DNA of 32,000 nucleotides from Chlamydiota bacterium (lineage in GTDB: Bacteria > Auribacterota > JACPWU01). A model generated the notes under the pieces. It saw nothing but the letters and a program-made list of their open reading frames with translations, did not search any database and was not told where the DNA came from. Both the position numbers and the translations under genes were made by a program. Position 1 is the first letter of the stretch, and the number at the start of each line of letters is the position of its first letter. The DNA lies in assembly GCA_016196885.1 (NCBI GenBank), contig JACPWU010000011.1, positions 1-32,000 of the forward strand, read 5' to 3'. This document shows positions 17,335-25,087 of this stretch, piece after piece.

Positions 17335-17468
17335 TATTTCACCTGAAAATAGTCTTTAGTCATTCTTATACAATGACTCATGATAGCTTGTAGTCGCCCG
17401 ATTTATCGGGCAATGCCCAATGCCCCAATGTCATAGACCGCCCCATAAATGGGGCGACTACAAGGGTG
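17335..17468. repeat. ~130-bp repeat unit (copy 4) containing REPIN-like core 17389-17462
   Basis: Near-identical to 6443-6575, including the 28-nt spacer ...AATGCCCAATGCCCCAATGTCATAGACC. It occupies the ribF|rpsO spacer. Confidence 0.9.
17346..17373 (-). promoter_or_regulatory. Promoter-like motif inside the repeat unit, facing rpsO
   Basis: On the minus strand: TTGTAT (17373-17368), 16-nt spacer, TATTTT (17351-17346), about 28 nt upstream of the rpsO ATG. The same motif is intact in repeat copy 1 (6453-6480). Confidence 0.35.
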
Positions 17469-17529
17469 ATTTTCATCCCCCTTTGTGCCGACCTCAGTCG
17501 GCATGAATGTTTCATAACACCACAAAACC

Positions 17530-18465
17530 TTAAGAAATATGAAGAAACTTATTTCGTACATTTTCACAATCTCTTGCGATTTGTTGACGCAGTTCTTCTA
17601 AACTTCCAAACCGCCTCTCATTTCGAATCTTTTCTATGAGAAAGACTTCCAATGATTTTCCATAAATATTTTGGTCAAAGTCAAATAAATGTACCTCAAA
17701 ATGGTTTTTCCCTTCTTGAGAAACAGTCGGTCTTGTCCCAATATTGGCCACGCCCAAATGTTTCTCTTTTTCTCCCAACCCCACCTCTACCCTATAAACT
17801 CCCCCGGGAGGTAAAATCATATCCTCCACATTCAGGTTGGCCGTCGGAAATCCTATTCTTTTCCCAAGGCCAGAGCCTTTGATCACAGAAGAAAAAAAGG
17901 AAAAGGGCCTCCCCAGCATCTCGGATGAGCGCTTAAAATCGCCTTCCTGAATGAAACGGCGAATCAGGGTACTCGAAACCATTTCCGAACCTATTTTGAC
18001 AGGCAAAACTTGATCTAGGCAAAATCCAAATTCAACACCCAAAGATTTTAAAAGTTCGACATTCCCTTGACGGTCTTTTCCAAATGCATAATTCTCTCCA
18101 ATCACAAGGCCTTTAAAAAATAAATTTTTAAATAACTTATCTATCAAGAAGGATCTGGCAGTTATTTGAGAAAAGGCCTTGTCAAAGGGAAGAATCAAAA
18201 CCAGATCTACTCCCTCTTTCGCCAAAAGTCTCAAGCGATGTTCCATCGAAGTAATCAACTGAAGAGAATCACTGCCCTTCAAAATTTTTCTGGGATGAGG
18301 ATCAAAGCTCACCACTCCCGCCTGCGCCCTTGTGTTTCTCGCATTCTCGATAAGCCTCTCTAAAATCACCTGATGTCCTAGATGAACCCCGTCAAAATTT
18401 CCAAGCGTCATCCATAAGGGAGAGGGAACCTCACCCAAATGTTCTAATCCCCTGACAATTCTCAT
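17530..18465 (-). CDS. ribF: Bifunctional riboflavin kinase / FMN adenylyltransferase
   Basis: 311-aa ORF with LGNFDGVHLGHQ, and GFPTANL in the kinase domain. Confidence 0.93.
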   Translation of the reverse strand: MRIVRGLEHLGEVPSPLWMTLGNFDGVHLGHQVILERLIENARNTRAQAGVVSFDPHPRKILKGSDSLQLITSMEHRLRLLAKEGVDLVLILPFDKAFSQITARSFLIDKLFKNLFFKGLVIGENYAFGKDRQGNVELLKSLGVEFGFCLDQVLPVKIGSEMVSSTLIRRFIQEGDFKRSSEMLGRPFSFFSSVIKGSGLGKRIGFPTANLNVEDMILPPGGVYRVEVGLGEKEKHLGVANIGTRPTVSQEGKNHFEVHLFDFDQNIYGKSLEVFLIEKIRNERRFGSLEELRQQIARDCENVRNKFLHIS

Positions 18466-18470
18466 TTTTT

Positions 18471-19223
18471 CTAACGTCCTCTAATCATTCCCATCAACGA
18501 ATATGTACTTTCTTTCTGAGGAAATTCCTTTTCTCCTGAGAATCCGTAAAACTTCAAAAGCCTTCTTCGCAAATCTTCCCGTGTCATTTCTTGAAGCTCT
18601 TGCCAACTCAGCGCCTCTCCAATCGAAAAAGTCCCTGATTTTAGGCGCTGCAGGGCATGCAGAAATCCACCCACTTTTAAAATATTTCCAATGTCATGAC
18701 ACAAGGTGCGGATGTAAGTGCCTTTTGAACAACGTACGCGAAAAGAAACAAAGGGAAGACGAATCCAATCCACTTCCAGCTCATGAATCCAAACCGTCTT
18801 AGGTTCACGCACCACCTCAATACCTCGTCTGGCCAATTCATAGAGCCGCTCCCCCTGATAACGCCGGGAGGAAACCATGGGAGGAATCTGTTGAATCTCT
18901 CCCCTAAAAGAATGAATCACCCGAATGACTTCCTCTTCTTTGAGATGAGAGCTGTCGGCCGTAGAGAGAACCTTCCCCTCGCGATCCTGAGTACTTGTCT
19001 GAGCCCCCAGGCACAAAATCGCCTGATATTCTTTATCCTGATCAATCAAGACATTCGCCCTCTTGGTCGCTTTTCCCAGAACCAAAATCAAAACACCTGT
19101 TGCCATGGGATCTAAAATCCCCGTATGGCCTACTTTTTTTTCAGAAAATTTTCTTCGCACAAACAGGACCACATCGTGCGAAGTCATTCCTGCAGGTTTA
19201 TCAACAACTAAAAGACCATCCAT
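18471..19223 (-). CDS. truB: tRNA pseudouridine(55) synthase
   Basis: 250-aa ORF: GLLVVDKPAGMTSHDVV...VGHTGILDPMATGVLILVLGKATK. Confidence 0.93.
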   Translation of the reverse strand: MDGLLVVDKPAGMTSHDVVLFVRRKFSEKKVGHTGILDPMATGVLILVLGKATKRANVLIDQDKEYQAILCLGAQTSTQDREGKVLSTADSSHLKEEEVIRVIHSFRGEIQQIPPMVSSRRYQGERLYELARRGIEVVREPKTVWIHELEVDWIRLPFVSFRVRCSKGTYIRTLCHDIGNILKVGGFLHALQRLKSGTFSIGEALSWQELQEMTREDLRRRLLKFYGFSGEKEFPQKESTYSLMGMIRGR

Positions 19224-19236
19224 GAAAGTTCCATTT

Positions 19237-19300
19237 CAGAATACAGAAGTCAGAAGTCAGAATAAATACAATTCCTTACTATTCTGTCTTCTGTATTCCA
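19237..19300 (-). repeat. Heptamer-periodic hairpin spanning the rbfA stop codon (rbfA|truB)
   Basis: CAGAATA CAGAAGT CAGAAGT CAGAATA (19237-19264) pairs with TATTCTG TCTTCTG TATTC (19280-19298). The right arm encodes the last RbfA residues (IQKTE) and its stop (TAG). Confidence 0.8.
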
Positions 19301-19632
19301 GACAACGTCTTAAAAACCTTTTCTAACCGATCGATCTTATCTCCCGTCTCATCCAAAAGAAATTGTAATGTCGGCGTGTACCTCAAACTCACCCGAGAGC
19401 CTAATTCCCGTTGCATTGAAGACGCCTTGCTTTCTATAAAATGAGTCGCGGCTTCTTGCTGCTCTTTCTTACCATACACACTGTAGAAAACTTTTGCGTA
19501 TCGTAAATCCTTTGAGGTACGGACCTCAGTCACCGTCACCATGCCAAATCTGGGATTGCACAGGTCTCTTTGAAAAATATCGCTCAGCTCACGGTGAATC
19601 AACTCATTGACCCTCGGCATTCGATGTTTCAT
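19279..19632 (-). CDS. rbfA: Ribosome-binding factor A
   Basis: 117-aa ORF: RVNELIHRELSDIF...VTVTEVRTSKDLRYAKVFYSV. GAGGGG lies upstream. Confidence 0.9.
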   Translation of the reverse strand: MKHRMPRVNELIHRELSDIFQRDLCNPRFGMVTVTEVRTSKDLRYAKVFYSVYGKKEQQEAATHFIESKASSMQRELGSRVSLRYTPTLQFLLDETGDKIDRLEKVFKTLSGIQKTE

Positions 19633-19727
19633 AAAAAATGAATCCCCTCATCACAAAATTTCTATTTTAAAAGGCCAACGACCCTTTTAATTTTCTGAAT
19701 TGTCTGAGTTAGAAAAAAAGGGAGGGA

Positions 19728-19923
19728 TAGCTAACCCGCATTTCTCATCATCACCTGTCATTCCCGCAAGCTTCAACGAAATAGCCCCTGTGGGGTAAGC
19801 GGGAATCCAGGGTTTTACACTCACTCTGGATCCGTCCCCGAGAGTTTCAGTCGGGGATCCATCCATTTCGGGGATGACAAGCTGTAGGCATTTTGAGCTT
19901 GTGATGAGAAATGCGGGCTAAGC
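19728..19923. repeat. 196-bp composite palindromic element between infB and rbfA
   Basis: Outer arms TAGCTAACCCGCATTTCTCATCATCAC (19728-19754) and GTGATGAGAAATGCGGGCTAAGC (19901-19923). Inside are two inverted TGTCATYCCCG...GGATCCAG units, each with its own hairpin (ATTCCCGC...GCGGGAAT; GGATCC-GT-CCCCGA...TCGGGG-ATCC). Confidence 0.8.
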
Positions 19924-21987
19924 GGGGAGTTTCTGAGCCGTTTTCTGAATTTCAAAAAACTCCAGCGTATCCCCTTCTTCCATTTCTGAAAAACCTTCCA
20001 CTCGAATACCACACTCTAACCCTTCACGAACCTCTTTCACCTCTTCCTTAAAACGCCTCAGGGACTGAATCGAACTCTCACATAAAACTTCACCTTTTCG
20101 AAGCACCCTGACCTTGGCGGACCTGGATGCCTTGCCATCGCTGATCCCGCAGCCAGCAACCTTTCCCGATTTTGAAAGTTCAAACACCTGGCGAACGATG
20201 GCATGCCCCAAAACCACCTCTTTTTGAATGGGCTCCAGCATTCCTTCCAGCGCCTTTCGAATATCGTCCACAATTTCGTAAATGATCGAATAAGTCCTGA
20301 GATCCACACCCTCTTTTTTCGCCAAATCCTTCACCTTGCCAGAGAGCCGCACGTGAAAGCCCACAATCACCGCCTGAGAAGCACTGGCCAACATCACATC
20401 GTTTTCACTGATATCCCCCACGGCCTCATGAATGATATGCAATTGAACTTCTTCAGATTTGACACCTGCAAGACTAGATCTTAGCGCCTCCAAAGAGCCC
20501 CGAACATCCGCTTTCAAAATTAATTTTAATTCCTTTAACTTTGCCTCTGAGATCTGCTGAAAAATATCTTCCAGCGTTACCTTTTTTGGCTGAAGCTCCT
20601 CTAGATTTTTTAATTCCTGTTTTTTCTTTTCAGCAATCTCGCGAGCCAATTTTTCACTCTTAACCACCTTGACCTGAATTCCAACCTCTGGAACTTCCGA
20701 GAGCCCCAGGACTTCCACGGGTGTTGAAGGGCCGGCCTCGCGAAGCATTTTTCCCTGATCGTCAAAAAGGGCCTTGATCCTTCCGAAAGTGGTTCCACAA
20801 ACCAAGGCATCGCCTACTCGGAAAGTTCCCTGCCTGACCAAGATCGTCACCGTGACACCCCGACCCGTGGTCAATTTAGATTCAATCACAATTCCTCTTC
20901 CGGATAAATCTGGATCTGCCTTTAATTCCATGATCTCGGCTTGAAGCAAAATCATCTCCAAAAGATGATCTATCCCCTGAGCTGTCTTTGCAGAAACTTC
21001 ACACACAATGGTCTGGCCCCCCCAATCTTCTGCCAAGAGACCTTTTTCAGAGAGCTGGCGCTTGACCTTTTCAGAATTAACGCCCGGCTTGTCCATTTTA
21101 TTTGCCGCAACCATGATAGGCACATTGGCCGCCCGACAATGATCTAAAGCCTCTTCGGTCTGCGGCATGATACCGTCGTCAGCCGCAATCACTAAAACCA
21201 CCACATCCGTCGCCTGAGCACCGCGGGCCCTCATCAAGGTAAAAGCCTCATGACCCGGTGTATCGAGAAATGTAATCTTCCCTCCCTTTAAACTCACCTG
21301 ATAAGCCCCGATATGCTGGGTGATTCCACCTGATTCTTGATCCACCACTTTGGTTTTTCGAATTTGGTCGAGGAGAGAAGTTTTCCCATGATCTACATGG
21401 CCCATGAAAGTGACCACGGGAGGACGAGGCACTAAATTTTTCGGCTTTTCCTCCTCTGGTTCTGAAATCTTTTCAAGCGCATCTTCCTTTTTTTGGACAT
21501 ACTGAATTTCAAAACCCAATTCAGACCCCAAAAGCGAAACGATGTCCTCATCCCTTAAAAAATCATTCAGGGTGACCCTTTCACCTAAATCAATTAACTT
21601 CGCAATTAAAAGATTGACACCCACTCCAAATTCAAGAGCCGCATCTTTCACCAGAATGGGGAGGGAAAGCTCTAATATTTTTTTCTCTTGCTGAAGCTGA
21701 GTCGCAAGAGGGACTTCCACTTTTTCTTCTTGGGTTGGGGAAACGACTTCTTCTTTTTTAGGAGGCTCTTCTTCTCGAGGTATTTCTTGTGAAACGGGTT
21801 TACTTTGCATTTTTTGAGGACCTTCCACTTTTTGAGTGGAAGGTTGCATGGCCTGACGCACTTTAGAAATCGCCTCTGTCTCTAAAGCACTCATGTGATT
21901 CTTGGCCTCAATGCCAAGCTCCTTCAGTTTAGCAATCAAGTCTTTGCTCGAAACACCCAGCTCTTTGGCTAATTCGTGAACTCTCAT
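19918..21987 (-). CDS. infB: Translation initiation factor IF-2
   Basis: 689-aa ORF with G-domain VVTFMGHVDHGKTSLLD, DTPGHEAF, NKMD. Confidence 0.97.
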   Translation of the reverse strand: MRVHELAKELGVSSKDLIAKLKELGIEAKNHMSALETEAISKVRQAMQPSTQKVEGPQKMQSKPVSQEIPREEEPPKKEEVVSPTQEEKVEVPLATQLQQEKKILELSLPILVKDAALEFGVGVNLLIAKLIDLGERVTLNDFLRDEDIVSLLGSELGFEIQYVQKKEDALEKISEPEEEKPKNLVPRPPVVTFMGHVDHGKTSLLDQIRKTKVVDQESGGITQHIGAYQVSLKGGKITFLDTPGHEAFTLMRARGAQATDVVVLVIAADDGIMPQTEEALDHCRAANVPIMVAANKMDKPGVNSEKVKRQLSEKGLLAEDWGGQTIVCEVSAKTAQGIDHLLEMILLQAEIMELKADPDLSGRGIVIESKLTTGRGVTVTILVRQGTFRVGDALVCGTTFGRIKALFDDQGKMLREAGPSTPVEVLGLSEVPEVGIQVKVVKSEKLAREIAEKKKQELKNLEELQPKKVTLEDIFQQISEAKLKELKLILKADVRGSLEALRSSLAGVKSEEVQLHIIHEAVGDISENDVMLASASQAVIVGFHVRLSGKVKDLAKKEGVDLRTYSIIYEIVDDIRKALEGMLEPIQKEVVLGHAIVRQVFELSKSGKVAGCGISDGKASRSAKVRVLRKGEVLCESSIQSLRRFKEEVKEVREGLECGIRVEGFSEMEEGDTLEFFEIQKTAQKLPA

Positions 21988-22013
21988 TTTTTACTGCCTC
22001 TTCTCGTTCGGGA

Positions 22014-23339
22014 TCACTTCTGCGCAGGTTCCTGGGGAGTGGATGTCTGAAGAGCATTCTTCACCATCTCGAGAACCTTCATCGCTTGCGCCTCTTCTAA
22101 ACCGACAATTTTCGAAAGTTCCACGGCCGGCAAACGAAGAAGCTCCTGAGCCGTATGATAACCTGTTTGCTTCAGGCTTCTCAAAATCCCTTCTTCTAAA
22201 CCATGCACTTGATTCAAGGGCAAACCTTCTTTTGAAATTCCCTCTTCAGATTCCCCTACAGAAAACATCACCTGGGGCCCTTGAGAGGCTTGATCGGCGG
22301 GCGCTCCTGACCCTTTATATTCAGCTAAAATATCCACGCCATACCCTGTTAATTTTGCACACAATCTAGCATTCTGTCCCTTGCGGCCAATCGCCAAGGA
22401 CAATTGATCGAGTTCGACATACACCTCCACCTTTTTCTGACCCGATAAAACCTTTGCCTGTTTAGGCTTTGCAGGACTGAGGGCATTCCCAGCAAAAGTG
22501 GCTATTTCTTCGTGCCAAGGAACAATATCAATTTTTTCGCCATTGAGTTCTCGAACAATGTTTTTGATTCTTTCCCCTCTCATTCCCACGCAAGCCCCGA
22601 CTGCATCCACCTTTTCAGAGTGAGAAAAAACCGCTACTTTAGACCTAAAGCCCGGCTCTCTCGCAACAGCCTTGATCTCAACCATACCATCCCCTACCTC
22701 CGGAACCTCTAACTCAAAGAGCTTTCTCAAAAGTCCGGGATGGGTTCTTGAAAGAATCACCTCGAGGGACTTGGCGTTGTCTCTCACATCCACCACATAA
22801 GCCCGGATACGAGAACCGATGGGATATTTCTCCGTGGGGCATTGTTCACGGGGGGGAAGAAACGCTTCACATTTTCCCAAATCAACCACGATGTTGCGCC
22901 GATCATGACGGCGCACAATCCCCGTCACCAAATCTGAAATTTTTTCGCGATATTCGTTGAAAACAATGTCCTTTTCCGCCTCACGAATTTTTTGAATAAT
23001 AACCTGCTTGGCCACTTGAGCTGCAATGCGTCCAAAATTCTTAGGCGTAATTTCCATATTGATTTCATCACCGACCTTCGCATCAGCTTTATAATGCTTG
23101 GCCTCCTCAACGGACAGTTCTTCCTTGGAATTAGCCACCGTCTCAACCACCAGCATTCGGTTGTAAACCTTGATATCTCCTGTCTTAGGCTCAATCATAA
23201 TTACAGTGTTTCTCTGAGCGCCCAAACTCTTTCTAGAGGCCGAAAGCAGAGAAGTCTCAACCGCCTTGATGAGAATCTCTCGTTTGATTCCCTTTTCACG
23301 CTCCATGTAATCTAAGACATTGAGTAATTCGCCATTCAT
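22014..23339 (-). CDS. nusA: Transcription termination/antitermination factor NusA
   Basis: 441-aa ORF with N-terminal domain, S1, two KH domains (GACVGMRGERIKNIVRELNGEKIDIV; AIGRKGQNARLCAKLTG) and a C-terminal HhH-like extension. GAGAGGA SD. Confidence 0.97.
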   Translation of the reverse strand: MNGELLNVLDYMEREKGIKREILIKAVETSLLSASRKSLGAQRNTVIMIEPKTGDIKVYNRMLVVETVANSKEELSVEEAKHYKADAKVGDEINMEITPKNFGRIAAQVAKQVIIQKIREAEKDIVFNEYREKISDLVTGIVRRHDRRNIVVDLGKCEAFLPPREQCPTEKYPIGSRIRAYVVDVRDNAKSLEVILSRTHPGLLRKLFELEVPEVGDGMVEIKAVAREPGFRSKVAVFSHSEKVDAVGACVGMRGERIKNIVRELNGEKIDIVPWHEEIATFAGNALSPAKPKQAKVLSGQKKVEVYVELDQLSLAIGRKGQNARLCAKLTGYGVDILAEYKGSGAPADQASQGPQVMFSVGESEEGISKEGLPLNQVHGLEEGILRSLKQTGYHTAQELLRLPAVELSKIVGLEEAQAMKVLEMVKNALQTSTPQEPAQK

Positions 23340-23353
23340 ACGAACATCCTCTC

Positions 23354-23575
23354 TTAAACCTCAATACCGAAGTTGAATCATGGAATTCGACGCATCCCAC
23401 AGGGACTATAACAGCTTGAGATCTTGGCCATCTTGACCTTCAGAAATGCTCGACAGGCATTTTTTTATGCATGCCTGCGCTTTCTTCAGGCCAATCCCAC
23501 AGGGACTGCAAAGGCCTGTCTGGCTCAAGCTCTTGCGTCTCGGTCCTCATGCTCAACTTCGATATTGAGGTTAAA
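23354..23575. mobile_element. MITE-like element, long (222-bp) copy
   Basis: Termini TTAAACCTCAATACCGAAGTTGA (23354-23376) and TCAACTTCGATATTGAGGTTAAA (23553-23575). Internal 14-nt direct repeat ATCCCACAGGGACT (23394-23407 and 23494-23507). Internal hairpin CAGGCAT-10 nt-ATGCCTG. Confidence 0.8.
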
Positions 23576-23669
23576 ACAAAACCGCTGCCGCCTAGAGGTG
23601 CTCACCTCGGCGCGAAGCGAGAGCCTCGCAAAAAACATAAACGCTGACCCCTGTACGCTATTTTTCCAC

Positions 23670-23702
23670 AAACGAAAAAGAGTGGGTATCTCCCACTCTT
23701 TC
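23670..23702 (-). terminator. Rho-independent terminator downstream of proS
   Basis: mRNA sense: AAAGAGUGGG-AGAUA-CCCACUCUUU followed by UUCGUUUGUGG. It is a 10-bp perfect stem about 70 nt after the proS stop. Confidence 0.6.
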
Positions 23703-23773
23703 GTAAACACAATGATCCATTTCAGACGCATTTTAGATAAATTAGATAGCTCTTGTCAAGAGGAAATGAAACT

Positions 23774-25084
23774 TCATAACGGTGCCATCTCCTCTAGAAC
23801 TCTCCCAATCACTCCTATCGCATCTTGTAAATTCACCAACTCTGTCTTAGAATGGAACCTAGAACGTATCTCGACTTGGCCTGTGTCCATCAATTTTTGC
23901 CCAAGGGTCACTTGGAGAGGGAAACCAATCAAATCCGCGTCCTTAAATTTAACACCTGCCCTCTCGCCTCTATCATCCAGCAAACAATCGAAATTTTGCT
24001 CCTTCAACTGATGATAAAGATTTTCAGCAGATTCTTTAACGGTCAGGTTTTCCATCATCACAGGCAAAATCAAAATTTCATAAGGGGCGAGCGCCCGATT
24101 CCATAAAATCCCCTGCTCATTTGAATTTTGTTCAATGAAGGCAGCCAAACACCGAGAGACCCCAATCCCGTAGCAACCCATCACACAAGGGTTTTGAACA
24201 CCCTGTTCATTCAGATAATGGGCCCCCAGGATGGCGCTGTATTTCGTACCCAGCTTAAAAACATGCCCCACTTCAATCCCTCGCAAGATTTCATAAGGCG
24301 TCGCGCACTTCGGGCATACCCCCCCTTTTTGAGAAGGTTCTGAAGATTTTGAAGAGGCGTTGGCACCTCTTGAGACCGCCCATTCTCGATTGAATGCATC
24401 ATCACATTTGGAACAAACAAGAATCTCATCTTCCCCGGAATCCGCAAGCACCATAAATTCATGGCTCAAGGATCCTCCCATCACGCCGGTGTCTGCCTCG
24501 ACCATTTTAAATTTAAACCCGCATCTCTTGAAAATGGCTCGATAGGCATCCACCATGTTCCAATAAGCCTTTTGAGCTGCCTCGTCTGTGGTGTCAAAAC
24601 TGTAGGAATCTTTCATCAAAAATTCCCGAGCCCGCATCAAACCAAAACGTGGCCGGATTTCATCTCTGAATTTGGTTTGAATCTGATAAAAATTTTTAGG
24701 CAAATCGCGATAGGATCGGATTCTCTTGGCTGCCAAATCGGTGATAATTTCTTCATGCGTGGGTCCCAGAACAAAAGAGCGCTTCATGCGGTCTTCGGCT
24801 ACCAGCATCAAATCCCGCATGGAATCCCAGCGGCCGCTTTGTGTCCAAATTTCCTTGGGCTGCAAAATAGGCAGAAGAAGCTCAATCGCCCCATGGCTGT
24901 CCATTTCCTCACGAATGATTTTTTCAATCTTGCGCAGGGACCGCAGACCCAGAGGCAAAAAGGAATAAAGTCCGGAGGACAATTTCTGAATAAGACCCGA
25001 GCGAAGCATCAAACGATGGCTTCTAATTTCAGCCTCTAACGGCGACTCTTTCAAAGTTGGAATAAAAGTTTTTGTCCAGCGCAT
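23774..25084 (-). CDS. proS: Prolyl-tRNA synthetase, bacterial type, lacking the INS editing domain
   Basis: 436-aa ORF with class II motifs (FRDEIRPRFGLMRAREFLMKDSYSF; GCYGIGVSR). Only about 45 aa, with CSKC...CPKC, lie between SHEFMVLADSGEDEI and RGIEVGHVFKLGTKYS, where E. coli-type enzymes carry a ~180-aa INS. Confidence 0.9.
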   Translation of the reverse strand: MRWTKTFIPTLKESPLEAEIRSHRLMLRSGLIQKLSSGLYSFLPLGLRSLRKIEKIIREEMDSHGAIELLLPILQPKEIWTQSGRWDSMRDLMLVAEDRMKRSFVLGPTHEEIITDLAAKRIRSYRDLPKNFYQIQTKFRDEIRPRFGLMRAREFLMKDSYSFDTTDEAAQKAYWNMVDAYRAIFKRCGFKFKMVEADTGVMGGSLSHEFMVLADSGEDEILVCSKCDDAFNREWAVSRGANASSKSSEPSQKGGVCPKCATPYEILRGIEVGHVFKLGTKYSAILGAHYLNEQGVQNPCVMGCYGIGVSRCLAAFIEQNSNEQGILWNRALAPYEILILPVMMENLTVKESAENLYHQLKEQNFDCLLDDRGERAGVKFKDADLIGFPLQVTLGQKLMDTGQVEIRSRFHSKTELVNLQDAIGVIGRVLEEMAPL

Positions 25085-25087
25085 GTC

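Noticed and set aside
17319-17381. 21-codon N-terminal extension of the rpsO ORF (110-aa track ORF)
   Set aside because: The extension reads through the duplicated repeat unit. The conserved S15 sequence starts at MALVKEKK, with AAGGAG at proper spacing.
17486-17503. Hairpin TGCCGAC-CTCA-GTCGGCA as the ribF terminator
   Set aside because: No U-tract follows on the minus (ribF) sense, so it is not a canonical intrinsic terminator. Noted only as a small palindrome.
19757-19806. ATTCCCGC...GCGGGAAT hairpin as a member of a named repeat family from other bacteria (dRS3-like)
   Set aside because: The resemblance is limited to the short ATTCCC/GGGAAT ends, and the spacing is very different. There is no basis to claim homology.
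23424-24011. 195-aa plus-strand ORF in the proS-nusA gap
   Set aside because: It begins inside the MITE interior, crosses the proS terminator and runs antisense into proS. It has no SD and no family resemblance.
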